A DNA stretch of 64,000 nucleotides from Alphaproteobacteria bacterium (GCA_965261735.1 OZ253470.1:1216001-1280000), one strand, 5' to 3'. Positions 18,616 to 29,071 are shown, counted from the first letter of the stretch. A program made the numbers and translations. The notes: generated by a model from the letters alone, not told the origin.

Positions 18616-19029
18616 CTATTCCGGCGGGGTGACCCCCGTCTGTTCGGTGATGATCTTGTAGTGCTCGATCCGCCGATGGACGGCGAAATTGAACATGGCG
18701 TCCTGTGCGCGCACGCAGAGGTCCAGATCGCAGCGGGCGGCGATCAGCTCGTCCCCTTTGGTGGCGGCCTGAGCGACGATCTCGCCCGACGGCGCGGCGA
18801 TGATGGAGCCACCGATCAGGTCGCAGCCCTTCCTCGATGCCCGCCTTGGCCACGCCCACCACCCAGGCACCGTTCTGATAGGTGCCCGCCTGCATGCACA
18901 GATGATTGTGGAAGGCCGTGAGGTCGCTATAGATCGGCTCCCACGGCATGTTCGCTGGCGTGTTGTAGCCGAGAAGCACGACTTCCGCCCCCTTGAGCGC
19001 CAGCACCCGATATGTCTCCGGCCAGCGCC
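18616..19029 (-). pseudogene. N-carbamoyl-D-amino acid amidohydrolase (nitrilase family), 3' fragment with frameshift
   Basis: RRWPETYRVLALKGAEVVLLGYNTP..QAGTYQNG..VAKAGIEEG, then shifted frame CDLIGGSIIAAPSGEI..FNFAVHRRIEHY; 5' half replaced by IS sequence. Confidence 0.82.
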
Positions 19030-19525
19030 GTCCACCGATCCTGTCTTGGTTGGGCCGCACCATGCCCGAGCGGAGCTTGTGGAGAATTTGAAAGGCCGTC
19101 TCGTAGCGCGAAAGACCAAGTTGCCGCTGAAACTGCACGGCGGACATGCCGGGCGTCTGACTGGCGACCAGATAAGCGGCCCAGAACCAGACGTTCAGCG
19201 GAGTGTGGCTACGCTCCATCACTGTTCCCACCGTCAGCCCGGTGTTCTGGCGGCACTTGCGGCAGCGCAGGACGCCAGGGCGGTTTTCAAAGTGGAACGG
19301 CTCTCCCGCCGTGCCGCAGTGCGGGCAGGCAAAGCCGTCTCCCCAGCGGGCTTTCTCCAGGTAGGCGGCGCAGGCCGCATCATCGGGGAAAAGTCGCTGG
19401 AACTCGGGTAGCGAATGCGGGAATGGGAGATCGGCGCGGTCGAGAACATCCATGGCGCGCTCCCCTATATCCGGGTTGCGCCCATTCTAGCCCTAGTGGG
19501 TGTGGGTGTAAACCGGATAGGTAAG
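19030..19525 (-). mobile_element. IS1595-family element, partial (left end plus transposase N-terminus)
   Basis: Essentially identical to 25498-25993 of the full copy, including terminal IR GGGTGTAAACCGGATAGGTAAG. Confidence 0.92.
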
Positions 19526-19841
19526 GATTGTATTATTTGGAATAAGTGGATTCGTTTCACTTGGGTTCATGATCGGCACTATTGACTTTCATAAACCAAT
19601 TTTTCTGTCGGTATATTGGGAGCACCTTCGGATATCTGGTCCTGGCTATTGTGTTGTGGCTCCTCGCAATCAGGCTTTTTCTGACCGAATTCAAATATTA
19701 TGATTAGGAGCTGTTCCCGAACCAGGCGCTCAACGACCACTGGAGGAATGGAATTTGGGGGTCGATACTTGTAGGTCGCTAAATCTGCAGCTTCGGTAGC
19801 GTAATGGCCGTAAGTGGACCCTCGGTCTATGAGTGCACCCC

Positions 19842-20687
19842 CTAGTCGCGCAGCAGCTCGTTGACCGAGGTCTTGGCGCGCGTCCCGGCATCGACCTGCT
19901 TGACGATGACCGCGCAGTAAAGGTTCGGGCCGGGGCTGCCGTCGGCGAGCGGCTTGCCCGGGAGGCTGCCCGGTACGACGACCGAGTAGGCCGGCACCAG
20001 GCCGTAGTGGATCTCGCCGCTGGTGCGGTCGACGATCTTGGTCGAGGCGCCGATATAGACGCCCATCGAGAGCACCGCGCCGGTTTCCACGATCACCCCC
20101 TCGGCGACCTCGGAGCGCGCGCCGATGAAGCAGTCGTCCTCGACGATGACCGGCCCCGCCTGCAGCGGCTCGAGCACGCCGCCGATGCCGGCGCCGCCTG
20201 AGATGTGGCAGTTCTTGCCGATCTGGGCGCAGCTTCCCACGGTCGCCCAGGTATCGATCATGGTTCCGGCATCGACGTAGGCGCCGAGGTTGACGAAGCT
20301 CGGCATGAGCACGACGCCGGGCGCGATGTAGGCGGAATGGCGCACCACGCAGCTCGGCACGGCGCGAAAGCCCGCGGCGCGGAAGCGCGCCTCGTCCCAG
20401 TTGGCGAACTTCGACGCCACCTTGTCGAACCACGGCGTGTTGGCGCCGGGGCCGCCGGGAATCGTGGCCATGTCGTTGAGACGAAACGACAGCATGACGG
20501 CCTTCTTGAGCCACTGATGGACCCGCCACACCCCGCTCACCCTCTCGGCCACGCGCGCGGTTCCCGAATCGAGGGCCTCGAGCGCCTCGGCCACCGCGTC
20601 GCGGACCTCTCCCGTCGTCTTCGCGGTGACCTGGTCGCGCCTGTCCCAGGCGGCTTCGATCACGGGCGCAAGTTGCTCGGCCGGCAT
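19842..20687 (-). CDS. dapD: 2,3,4,5-tetrahydropyridine-2,6-dicarboxylate N-succinyltransferase
   Basis: [54 protein letters not shown]. Confidence 0.96.
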   Translation of the reverse strand: MPAEQLAPVIEAAWDRRDQVTAKTTGEVRDAVAEALEALDSGTARVAERVSGVWRVHQWLKKAVMLSFRLNDMATIPGGPGANTPWFDKVASKFANWDEARFRAAGFRAVPSCVVRHSAYIAPGVVLMPSFVNLGAYVDAGTMIDTWATVGSCAQIGKNCHISGGAGIGGVLEPLQAGPVIVEDDCFIGARSEVAEGVIVETGAVLSMGVYIGASTKIVDRTSGEIHYGLVPAYSVVVPGSLPGKPLADGSPGPNLYCAVIVKQVDAGTRAKTSVNELLRD

Positions 20688-20750
20688 CGCTGGCCCCTCC
20701 GCTTCTCCTGTCACGAAACTCGCGCGACCATAATCCGGGGCGCCGCGCTG

Positions 20751-21464
20751 TCAACCGCGCTCGGCCGCCGCTTCCTCGCCCGTCAGGGCCTCGAGCCAGG
20801 CCGCCAGGTCGTCGGCAACGTAGTGCACGTGCGCGCCGTCGGAGCCTTCCTTGGCGCTGTCGCGGTCGTTCGCGACCCAGACCGTCGTCATTCCAAGCGC
20901 GGCCGCGGGCTCCAGGTTGCGGGCGATGTCCTCGACCATGGCGGCGGCGCGAGGATCGACGTCGTGGCGCTCAATTAGCCTCCGATAAGTCTCGGGGTAA
21001 GGTTTTGCCAGGTAGTCTGCGGCTTCGATGTCGAAAACGGCTTCGAAGTGGGAGCGCACGCCGAGGCGCGCCAAGATGCGTTCGGCGTGCGCCGTCGAGG
21101 CGCTGGTAAAGACGAGCTTGCGGCCCGGGAGCTTGTCGAGGGCGCTGTGCAAACGCTCGTCGACCGGCATGTGACCAAGGTCGATGTCATGAACATAGTC
21201 GAGGAAGGTCGTCGGATCGGTGTCATGATGCAGCATCATGCCGCGCAGGGTGTTGCCGTAGCGCCCGAAATAGTCGCGCCGCACGGCGCGGGCGGCGGCG
21301 GGTTCGACACCGGTGGCGGCGGCGGCGAACGCGCTGATGCGGGCGTCGATCTGCGCAAAAAGGTCCCAATGGGCGGGGTAGAGCGTGTTGTCGAGGTCGA
21401 ACAGCCAGACCTCGACATGGGCGAGCGCCTGGCCCGAAGGCGCCGCGCGACTGGCCGTGGGCAT
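20751..21464 (-). CDS. Pyrimidine 5'-nucleotidase (HAD superfamily)
   Basis: WLFDLDNTLYP, FLDYVHDI, KPYPETY, MVEDIARNL.PA..LGMTTVWV; start codon uncertain (21464 or 21533). Confidence 0.88.
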   Translation of the reverse strand: MPTASRAAPSGQALAHVEVWLFDLDNTLYPAHWDLFAQIDARISAFAAAATGVEPAAARAVRRDYFGRYGNTLRGMMLHHDTDPTTFLDYVHDIDLGHMPVDERLHSALDKLPGRKLVFTSASTAHAERILARLGVRSHFEAVFDIEAADYLAKPYPETYRRLIERHDVDPRAAAMVEDIARNLEPAAALGMTTVWVANDRDSAKEGSDGAHVHYVADDLAAWLEALTGEEAAAERG

Positions 21465-21563
21465 GGCGCGAGTTTGCGGCCCCAGCGGAGCCGGGGCAAG
21501 CCGGAAATCGGGATCGCGCCCGCCTTGCGTCACCGATACCGCGCATTAGATGTTAGAATGAGT

Positions 21564-21826
21564 CTTGCCTATCCGGTTAACACCCATGACCGCTACATGT
21601 AGGGTGCCGCCACTCTCCCGAGTAAAGCTCGGCATAGGTTGGAGCAGAGGTGTCGCCCGCGATGCCGAGCAATGAGCGGAAGGCGTTGAACGGGTAGAAC
21701 CGCCTGTTGAAGCGGAAGGTGAACTCGTTGAGGTAGGCTTGTAGGTGCTGGTGGCTAACGCCGTGGTGGATACCGATCAGCCACGTCTTCAGGTTGGCGA
21801 AAACCAGATGGATGATCGACAGGTAT
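21564..21826 (-). mobile_element. IS1595-family element, partial (right end)
   Basis: CTTGCCTATCCGGTTAAC terminal IR and transposase C-terminus matching 24889-25151 with a few substitutions. Confidence 0.92.
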
Positions 21827-21909
21827 GAGTATCGGCCGCTCCCCGGCGCCCCGAGCGAGGCCGATTGGCCGATCGGGGTCGAACCACGTGAGCGCGACCC
21901 GCACACATC

Positions 21910-22597
21910 ATGGTTGACCAAGCCACCATCGTTACCAGCCTGCGGACAGACCGCGATCGCTTCGTGGCGTTCTCGTTCGCCGCCGCCGACGCGCTGGTCG
22001 AGCTCGACGCCGACCGCAAGGTCAGCTACGCCGTAGGCGCCATTCACTGGCTCTCCGGCAAGTCGGCCGAAACCATCATCGGCGTGAGCTTTCTCGACGT
22101 GGTCGCCAAGGCCGACCGGCGCATGATCCAAGCCGCCTTCACGACCGCCGAGACTCAGCATCGGTTCGGCCCCATCAACATTCGGCTGACCGGCTCCGGC
22201 GGACGCGAGCAGCGTGTGGCCCTGTTCGGATCCTACCTCCCGGACCGTGCCAACCGCCTCTTCCTGGCGCTCAGCTCCCATCGCGTCGCGCCGGTGACGG
22301 CGGTTCGCGAGAACGTGAGCCGCGACGAGGCGACGGGGTTGCTCGACAAGCAGTCGTTCTCCGACCTGACGCTGGAGACGATGCAGTCGGGCGATCCGGA
22401 TAACCCCTATAAGATGACGCTCCTCAACGTCGAGGGTCTCGACGAGCTGCAGGAGCGGCTCGATGGCGCCGCGGCGCACGAATTCGTGTCCGATATCAGC
22501 GCCCACCTCCAGGTCCACTCGGTCAACGGCGAGGCCGCCGGGCGGCTCGAAGACAACCAGTTCGGCCTCGTCCACGAGGGGTTCCTCGACGTCTCCG
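21910..22597 (+). pseudogene. N-terminal PAS/degenerate-GGDEF part of a c-di-GMP signalling protein, truncated
   Basis: RDRFVAFSFAAADALVELD, RDEATGLLDKQSF, AAGRLEDNQFGLVH; sense ends abruptly at ~22597. Confidence 0.65.
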
Positions 22598-23772
22598 TGC
22601 GAGGTGCCGCTCGAGGACGTCGAGGTGTGGATGACGCGGGCCGACGGCGGGCCGGCGTGCCTGGTGATCTCGTCGGTCCCCGTGGTCGATGCGTCGGGAG
22701 TCCGCGTCGCCGCGCGCGGCGTATGCCGCGATGTCACCGAAGCGCGCGAACGCGACGCGGCGCTGGAACAGGCGCGCGATCGTGAGCGCCTGCAGGGCCG
22801 CATCATCGATACGATGCGCAATGAGATTGATCCCGACCGCATGCTCCTCGTAGCCGCGGAATCGGTGGCGCTGGCGCTGGCGGCCCGTCACAGTTGGATC
22901 TTCGAGACCGCACCTGATGTCGCTCCGCACGCGGCCGCCACCTTCACCGGGGCGAGCGAGCCTCCCCCTCCCCACGCGGCCGCCATCGAAGCGGCACTGA
23001 CGGACTTGTTCGGTACCGGTGAGCCCGAGCCCGCAGCCGTCGCCGTCGCCGGACACCGGCTGCTCGCCATACCGTCCAACTACCACGGCGCGGTCAATGG
23101 TGCGATTTGCGTCGCACGCCTCGCCAATGAGGCCCCGTTCGGCGACGACGAGCGGGCGCTCCTGGCCGGGATCGCCGGCCACATCGGAATTGCGATCGAG
23201 CAGTGCGCCAACCACCGGCGTCTGGAGACGCTGTCGCGCACCGACGACTTGACGGGCCTGTTGAACCGGCGCGCTTTCGCCGAGGAAGTGGGGGACGCTT
23301 CAGCCACCTCCAGCGCATGGGACGATGTGGCGCCCTGCTGTATGTCGACCTCGATAATTTCAAGCAGGTCAACGACGTGCACGGACACCAGCGTGGCGAC
23401 GAGGCGCTTGTCGCGCTCGCCGAGATATTGTCTGGGGGCAGCCGCGTCGGCGATATCCCGGCGCGCCTCGGCGGCGACGAGTTCGCCCTATGGCTCGAGG
23501 AAACCGATGCCGCGGCGGCCGAGGCCAAGGCCAGGACGCTGCTCGAACAGGCACGCAGCCTGCGCGCCTATTCGGGCAGCCCCGATACGCCGCTCGGCAT
23601 CTCCATAGGCATCGCCCTTAGCGATCCGGCGCTCGACGAATCGATCGACGAATTGCTGGCGCGCGCCGACGAGGCCATGTACGCGGTCAAGAAGGGTGGC
23701 AAGGGGAGCTTCGCCCTCGATGCGGCGAGCCTCGTGCGGGCACCGGTGGCAATGGAGCGGGACAAGTGCTGA
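22598..23772 (+). pseudogene. PAS-GAF-GGDEF diguanylate cyclase, 5'-truncated and frameshifted
   Basis: RGVCRDVTE (PAC), GAF-like region, SRTDDLTGLLNRRAF, -1 in G-run ~23290, YVDLDNFKQVND.HGH..GD, RLGGDEFA, ADEAMY. Confidence 0.8.
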
Positions 23773-24888
23773 ACCGACTGTTCAAGGGCAAGAGCAAGGC
23801 AAGGAAGACGCGCAAGTCGCCGCCTCTCTCCGATGACGAGGTCAAGCGGCTGGCGCGCGCCGAGGATCCGGGCGTTCGCTCGGAGATCGCGGGGCGCGAA
23901 GACGTCAGGCCCGAGGTCCTGTACTACCTAGCCGAGGACGAGGCGCCCGGCGTGCGCCGCCGAATTGCCGCCAACCCGGAAACCCCACGGCAAGCGGACG
24001 TCATTCTCGCGCGCGACGTCGATGACGAGGTACGCTGTGATCTCGCCCTCAAGATCGGGCGCCTCATCCCCGGCTTGTCCAGCGAAGAGTCCTCGCGCCT
24101 TCAGGATCTGACGTTCGAGGTCCTCAACATTCTCGCCAGCGATCAGCTGCCGCGGGTGCGTCAGATCATTGCCGAGGAGATCAAGCACGCCGGCAACGTG
24201 CCCCACGACATCGTCAACGAACTCGCCCGCGACGTCGAGCACATCGTCGCGGCGCCAATCCTCGAATATTCGATCCTGCTGACGGACCAGGACCTGATGG
24301 AGATCATCGCCGCCGGCCCGAACGAGGGAGCGCTGCCGGCCATAGCGCGGCGCGCCAGCGTCAGCGGCCGCGTGTCGGACGCGCTCGCATCGAGCGAAGA
24401 CGTCCCGGCGATCGCCTCGCTGCTCGCCAATCCCAACGCGCAGATCCGTGAGGAGACCTTGGACTCGATCCTCGATCGCGCGCCCGCGGTGCCGCCTTGG
24501 CATGAGCCCCTGACCGTGCGGCCCAACCTATCGCAGCGCGCGCTCCGCCGTATCGCCGGCTTCGTCACCTCCTCGCTGCTCAGCATCCTCGCCGAGCGCA
24601 ACGATCTCGACCCGGAGACCACCCGCGAGGTCGCGGAGGCGGTCAAGGAGCGGCTCAAGGAGCCGCTTCCGGGGGATGAGGGCGAGAGCATCGAGGAGCG
24701 CGCCAGGCGCATGTTCACGGCGGGACAGATCGACGACGAGGCGCTGACCAATGCGGCGGAACAGGGCCAGCGCGAGTTTGCCGTGCACGCGCTGGCCCTC
24801 AAGGCGGCGATGGCGGTTCCGCTGGTGCGCAAAATACTCGATTCCAAGGCCGGCAAGGCGGTGACGGCGCTGACCTGGAAGGCCGATC
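23766..24888 (+). pseudogene. DUF2336 domain protein interrupted by IS1595
   Basis: VAAPILEYS.LL.DQDL, IARRASVS..VSDAL, LLANPNAQI; C-terminus cut by the IS end at 24889. Confidence 0.8.
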
Positions 24889-25993
24889 CTTGCCTATCCG
24901 GTTAACGCCCATGACCGCTACATGTAGGGTGCCACCACTCTCCCGAGTAAAGCTCGGCATAGGTTGGAGCAGAGGTGTCGCCCGCGATGCCGAGCAATGA
25001 GCGGAAGGCGTTGAACGGGTAGAACCGCCTGTTGAAGCGGAAGGTGAACTCGTTGAGGTAGGCTTGTAGGTGCTGGTGGCTAACGCCGTGGTGGATACCG
25101 ATCAGCCACGTCTTCAGGTTGGCGAAAACCAGATGGATGATCGGCAGGTATTGCTCGGCAACCTCTGGATCACCACACTCGGCAACAGCGAAGTGCTCAT
25201 AGCCGCGCTTCCCGAGGCCAGCATAGCCGCTCCAATCGTCAGTAACGATCAGCGATCGCGGCGCGACGGTGCTCTCGACGAACCCACAGAGCGACTCGGC
25301 GCTACGGTCGAGCACGACGGCGAGCCGAACGCGTCCGGCATAGCGTCCGTCTTTCCGGTTGTCGAGCTTGGTGCCCGGCTTTCGATGACGCACCTCGATG
25401 GCACAGGAGACGGGAACCTTGTGGTGAACACCACGGCCTTCCCCACGCGTTCGCCCGCCAACCCAGGTTTCGTCCACCTCAACATGGTTCTTGGGCTGTC
25501 CACCGATCCTGTCTTGGTTGGGCCGCACCATGCCCGAGCGGAGCTTGTGGAGAATTTGAAAGGCCGTCTCGTAGCGCGAAAGACCAAGTTGCCGCTGAAA
25601 CTGCACGGCGGACATGCCGGGCGTCTGACTGGCGACCAGATAAGCGGCCCAGAACCAGACGTTCAGCGGAGTGTGGCTACGCTCCATCACTGTTCCCACC
25701 GTCAGCCCGGTGTTCTGGCGGCACTTGCGGCAGCGCAGGACGCCAGGGCGGTTTTCAAAGTGGAACGGCTCTCCCGCCGTGCCGCAGTGCGGGCAGGCAA
25801 AGCCGTCTCCCCAGCGGGCTTTCTCCAGGTAGGCGGCGCAGGCCGCATCATCGGGGAAAAGTCGCTGGAACTCGGGTAGCGAATGCGGGAATGGGAGATC
25901 GGCGCGGTCGAGAACATCCATGGCGCGCTCCCCTATATCCGGGTTGCGCCCATTCTAGCCCTAGTGGGTGTGGGTGTAAACCGGATAGGCAAG
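24889..25993 (-). mobile_element. Complete IS1595-family insertion sequence (~1.1 kb)
   Basis: Terminal IRs CTTGCCTATCCGGTTAACGCCC / GGGTGTAAACCGGATAGGCAAG flanking one transposase; no target duplication evident. Confidence 0.93.
24902..25921 (-). CDS. IS1595-family transposase
   Basis: Zn ribbon CPHCG..CRKC, VEVDETWVGG, IVTDDW.GY, HLQAYLNEFTFRFNRR. Confidence 0.95.
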   Translation of the reverse strand: MDVLDRADLPFPHSLPEFQRLFPDDAACAAYLEKARWGDGFACPHCGTAGEPFHFENRPGVLRCRKCRQNTGLTVGTVMERSHTPLNVWFWAAYLVASQTPGMSAVQFQRQLGLSRYETAFQILHKLRSGMVRPNQDRIGGQPKNHVEVDETWVGGRTRGEGRGVHHKVPVSCAIEVRHRKPGTKLDNRKDGRYAGRVRLAVVLDRSAESLCGFVESTVAPRSLIVTDDWSGYAGLGKRGYEHFAVAECGDPEVAEQYLPIIHLVFANLKTWLIGIHHGVSHQHLQAYLNEFTFRFNRRFYPFNAFRSLLGIAGDTSAPTYAELYSGEWWHPTCSGHGR

Positions 25994-26083
25994 GAATAAT
26001 CGATGTTTGCCATCGCTCCAGGCCGGCAGGTGTCGAGCAAGTTTGGAGGCTCGGATACGCTAGCCGATCCGTGAGATCGCGCG

Positions 26084-26833
26084 CTACGTATCCTTTCTCC
26101 GGATCACGGTTTCAACCGATCTCGGGCGCAGGAGCCGGGCGATATAGGCTGGCACGACCTCGCTCGCGGGGCCGTAGAGGGTCTCAGCGAACAGCGAATG
26201 TCCCTCCGAGGGTTCGAGGTTGAGCTCGACCGTGTGGGCGCTGCCCGCGGCGCGCGCTTGGGCTACGAAGCCCGCGGCCGGATAGACGCTGCCCGAGGTG
26301 CCGATCGAGAGGAAGAGGTCGCAGGCCTCGAGCGCCGCGTCGATTCGCTCCATCGCCATCGGCATCTCGCCGAACCATACGACGTGCGGCCGCATCGAGC
26401 CGTGCCCCTCGCAAGCCGGGCAGGCCGTCTCGAGCCCGAGGTCCTCGGTCCACGGAAGGACGTGCCGGCAGGCGGTGCATCGCGCCTTCAGCAGCTCGCC
26501 GTGCATGTGAACGACGTTGCGCCCGCCGGCCCGCTCGTGGAGGTCATCCACGTTTTGCGTTACCACCATCACATCGCCGGCATGATCGCGCTCGAGGCGC
26601 GCCAGGGCCGCGTGCGCGGCGTTGGGCTCGGCGCCGGTCACGTTGCGCCGGCGCGCGTTGTAGAAGTTGTGCACCAGCGCGGGGTCGCGCGCGAATCCCT
26701 CGGGCGTCGCCACCTGCTCGAGGTCGTAGCGGGTCCACAATCCGTCCGTGTCGCGGAAGGTGCCGAGCCCGGATTCGGCGGAGATGCCGGCCCCGGTGAG
26801 GATGACGATGCGCGTGGGTTCGGCTAGGGTCAT
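26084..26833 (-). CDS. cobB: NAD-dependent protein deacylase (sirtuin)
   Basis: LTGAGISAESG, TQNVDDLHERAG, HMHGEL, RPHVVWFGE, GTSGSVYPAAG. Confidence 0.95.
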   Translation of the reverse strand: MTLAEPTRIVILTGAGISAESGLGTFRDTDGLWTRYDLEQVATPEGFARDPALVHNFYNARRRNVTGAEPNAAHAALARLERDHAGDVMVVTQNVDDLHERAGGRNVVHMHGELLKARCTACRHVLPWTEDLGLETACPACEGHGSMRPHVVWFGEMPMAMERIDAALEACDLFLSIGTSGSVYPAAGFVAQARAAGSAHTVELNLEPSEGHSLFAETLYGPASEVVPAYIARLLRPRSVETVIRRKDT

Positions 26834-26863
26834 GCGCCGCGTAGGATCGAAGAGGGCGGGCGC

Positions 26864-27337
26864 GTGGTCAAAGTTCTGTTCGTCTGCCTCGGCAACATAT
26901 GTCGCTCGCCGAGCGCCGAGGGGGTGTTCCGGGCGCTTGTCGCCGAGCATGGCCTCGGCGATCGAATCGCGGTCGATTCGGCCGGCACCGGGGACTACCA
27001 CATCGGCGAGGCGCCCGATTCGCGGGCCCAGGCCGAGGCCCGCCGGCGCGGGTTCGACATCAGCGCTCTCAAGGCACGCCAGGTGCGCCTCAGCGACTTT
27101 CACGACTTCGACTACATGATCGCTATGGACCGGCGAAATCACGCCGAGCTCGAGGCGCTGCGGCCGGGCGGCGCCAGGGCGCATCTTCGGATGCTCCTCG
27201 ACTTCGCGCCGGAGCTTGCCCGGGACGAGGTGCCCGACCCCTATCTCGGTGGGCCCGAGGGCTTCGCCGAGGTCCTGGAAATGATCGAGGCCGGGGCCCG
27301 CGGCCTGCTCTCAGAGGTGCGCGTGCGGTGCCTCTGA
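26864..27337 (+). CDS. Low-molecular-weight protein tyrosine phosphatase
   Basis: VCLGNICRSP, DSAGT, VPDPY. Confidence 0.95.
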   Translation: MVKVLFVCLGNICRSPSAEGVFRALVAEHGLGDRIAVDSAGTGDYHIGEAPDSRAQAEARRRGFDISALKARQVRLSDFHDFDYMIAMDRRNHAELEALRPGGARAHLRMLLDFAPELARDEVPDPYLGGPEGFAEVLEMIEAGARGLLSEVRVRCL

Positions 27338-27373
27338 GCTAACGGCGCCCAAGCGGTCGCGCTATCGCGCCGG

Positions 27374-27906
27374 CTATTGCAGCGGGTAGGTGGCCTCGGC
27401 GCTGTGGATGGCGCCGGCGCGCGCGAGATGGCTCGAATAGAGCGTGAACGCATCGACGGCAACAGGCGCGCTGCGATACAGGTTGTGATCGGCAACGAAG
27501 CGGCCGACGCGCCCGTGGTGCGCGCCCTTGAGCCGGGCGAGCGTGACGTGGGGCTGGAACTTGCGGCGCTCCGCGGCGAGCCCGGCCCGGGTCAGCGCGC
27601 GCTCGACCTTGTCGTGCAGGCTCAGCAGCTCGGGACAGGGATCGAGGCCGGCCCATAGCGTGTGGGTCCGGCGGCCGTTGGCGAAGTGGCCGACGCCGGC
27701 GAGCGCACACGTAAGGCCGCGGCATCGACCGCGCCGAGTGCGTCGCTGATCTCGGCGAGGTGGGTGCGCTCGACCTCGCCGATGAAGCGCAGCGTCAGGT
27801 GGATCTGCTCGGCCTCGACCCATTTCGCGCCTGACACGCCGGCGCACAGGAGCTGGAGACCGCGTTTGACCTCCTCGGGCAGGTCGACGGCGACGAACAG
27901 GCGCAT
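27374..27906 (-). pseudogene. thpR: RNA 2',3'-cyclic phosphodiesterase (2H family), frameshifted near 27713
   Basis: MRLFVAVDLP, HLTLRFIGE in one frame; LWAG, FQPHVTLAR in another. Confidence 0.88.
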
Positions 27907-28964
27907 CACGATCGCGCGCGCGCGACCTCGAGCGGTGGGTTGGGCTGGGCCCGGTGGATCGCCTCGGCCTCGCGCAGCACCTCTTCCGACAACGTGATCT
28001 CGGCGCTGGCGATCGCGCCCTCGAGCTGCGCCATGGAGGTGGCGCCGATGATGGCGGCGGTCACGAAGGGTCGGCCGGCGACATAGACGAGAGCCATTTG
28101 CGCGGGTTCGAGACCATGTTCGCGCGCCAGTGCGACATAGGCTTCCGTCGCCGCCGCCGCCTGCGGCGAGGCGTAGCTGGCGTAGCGCTCGAAGACGGCG
28201 AGCCGGCTGCCGGCGGGCTTCGCGCCGCCCGCATACTTGCCGCTGAGCAGCCCCATCGCCATCGGCGAGTAGGCGAGCAGGCCGACACCCTCGCGCATGC
28301 CGATCTCGGCGAGACCCGCCTCGAAGGAACGGTTGAGCAGGCTGTAGGCGTTCTGGATGCTGACGAGGCGCGGCCGGCCCGCGGCTTGGGCCTCGGCGAG
28401 GAAGCGCATCACGCCCCACGGGGTCTCGTTCGACACCCCGAGGTGGCGCACCTTGCCGGCCTTGACGAGATCGCCCAACGCCGCCAGCGTTTCCTCGATC
28501 GCGATGTCGTCGGCATCGGCCACGTGCCGGTAGCCGAGGTCGCCGGCGAAGCCGATGCGCCGTTCCGTCGAATGGAGCTGGTAGAGGTCGACGTAATCGG
28601 TGCGCAGCCTCTTGAGGCTCGCATCGATGGCGGCCTCGATGTTGCTGCGGTCGAGCCGGGTCTCGCCGCCGCGCAGCCAAGCGAGGTTGCTGCGCCCGAC
28701 GGCCTTGGTGGCGAGGACCACCTTGTCGCGCACCCCGCGCGCGGCCAGCCAGGTGCCGATGTAGGACTCGGTGAGGCCCTGGGTTTCCGCCCGCGGCGGG
28801 ATCGGGTAGGCCTCCGCCGTGTCGATGAAGTTGACGCCGTGATCGAACGCGTAGTCGAGCTGTGCGTGGGCCTCGGATTCACTGTTCTGCTCGCCCCACG
28901 TCATGGTGCCGAGGCAGAGGGCGCTGACGGAGACGTTCGTGCGCCCGAGGGGACGGTTTTCCAT
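27906..28964 (-). CDS. Aldo/keto reductase (Tas-like)
   Basis: LGTMTWGEQN, IDTAEAYP, GVSNETPWG, SIQNAYSLLNR. Confidence 0.92.
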   Translation of the reverse strand: MENRPLGRTNVSVSALCLGTMTWGEQNSESEAHAQLDYAFDHGVNFIDTAEAYPIPPRAETQGLTESYIGTWLAARGVRDKVVLATKAVGRSNLAWLRGGETRLDRSNIEAAIDASLKRLRTDYVDLYQLHSTERRIGFAGDLGYRHVADADDIAIEETLAALGDLVKAGKVRHLGVSNETPWGVMRFLAEAQAAGRPRLVSIQNAYSLLNRSFEAGLAEIGMREGVGLLAYSPMAMGLLSGKYAGGAKPAGSRLAVFERYASYASPQAAAATEAYVALAREHGLEPAQMALVYVAGRPFVTAAIIGATSMAQLEGAIASAEITLSEEVLREAEAIHRAQPNPPLEVARARS

Positions 28965-29071
28965 GGCGCTACTTCCGTGGCGGCTCGCCGGCGCCCGCGC
29001 AGGGGCGCCCGAGACCTAGCACAAAGGGCGAGCCTTGCTAAGGGAGATATCGGGGCCGGCGCCCCGGCGTG

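Noticed and set aside
18518-19453. 311-aa 'transposase-carbamoylase fusion protein'
   Set aside because: Product of an IS fragment abutting a gene remnant plus a frameshift; lacks the DDE core and the carbamoylase N-terminus
19526-21563. Bona fide composite transposon carrying dapD
   Set aside because: The flanking IS copies lack their outer ends and no target-site duplication is visible
26084-26833. Sirtuin as an anti-phage Sir2 (Thoeris/DSR) effector
   Set aside because: Canonical CobB with Zn-binding cysteines in a housekeeping neighbourhood; no defence partners
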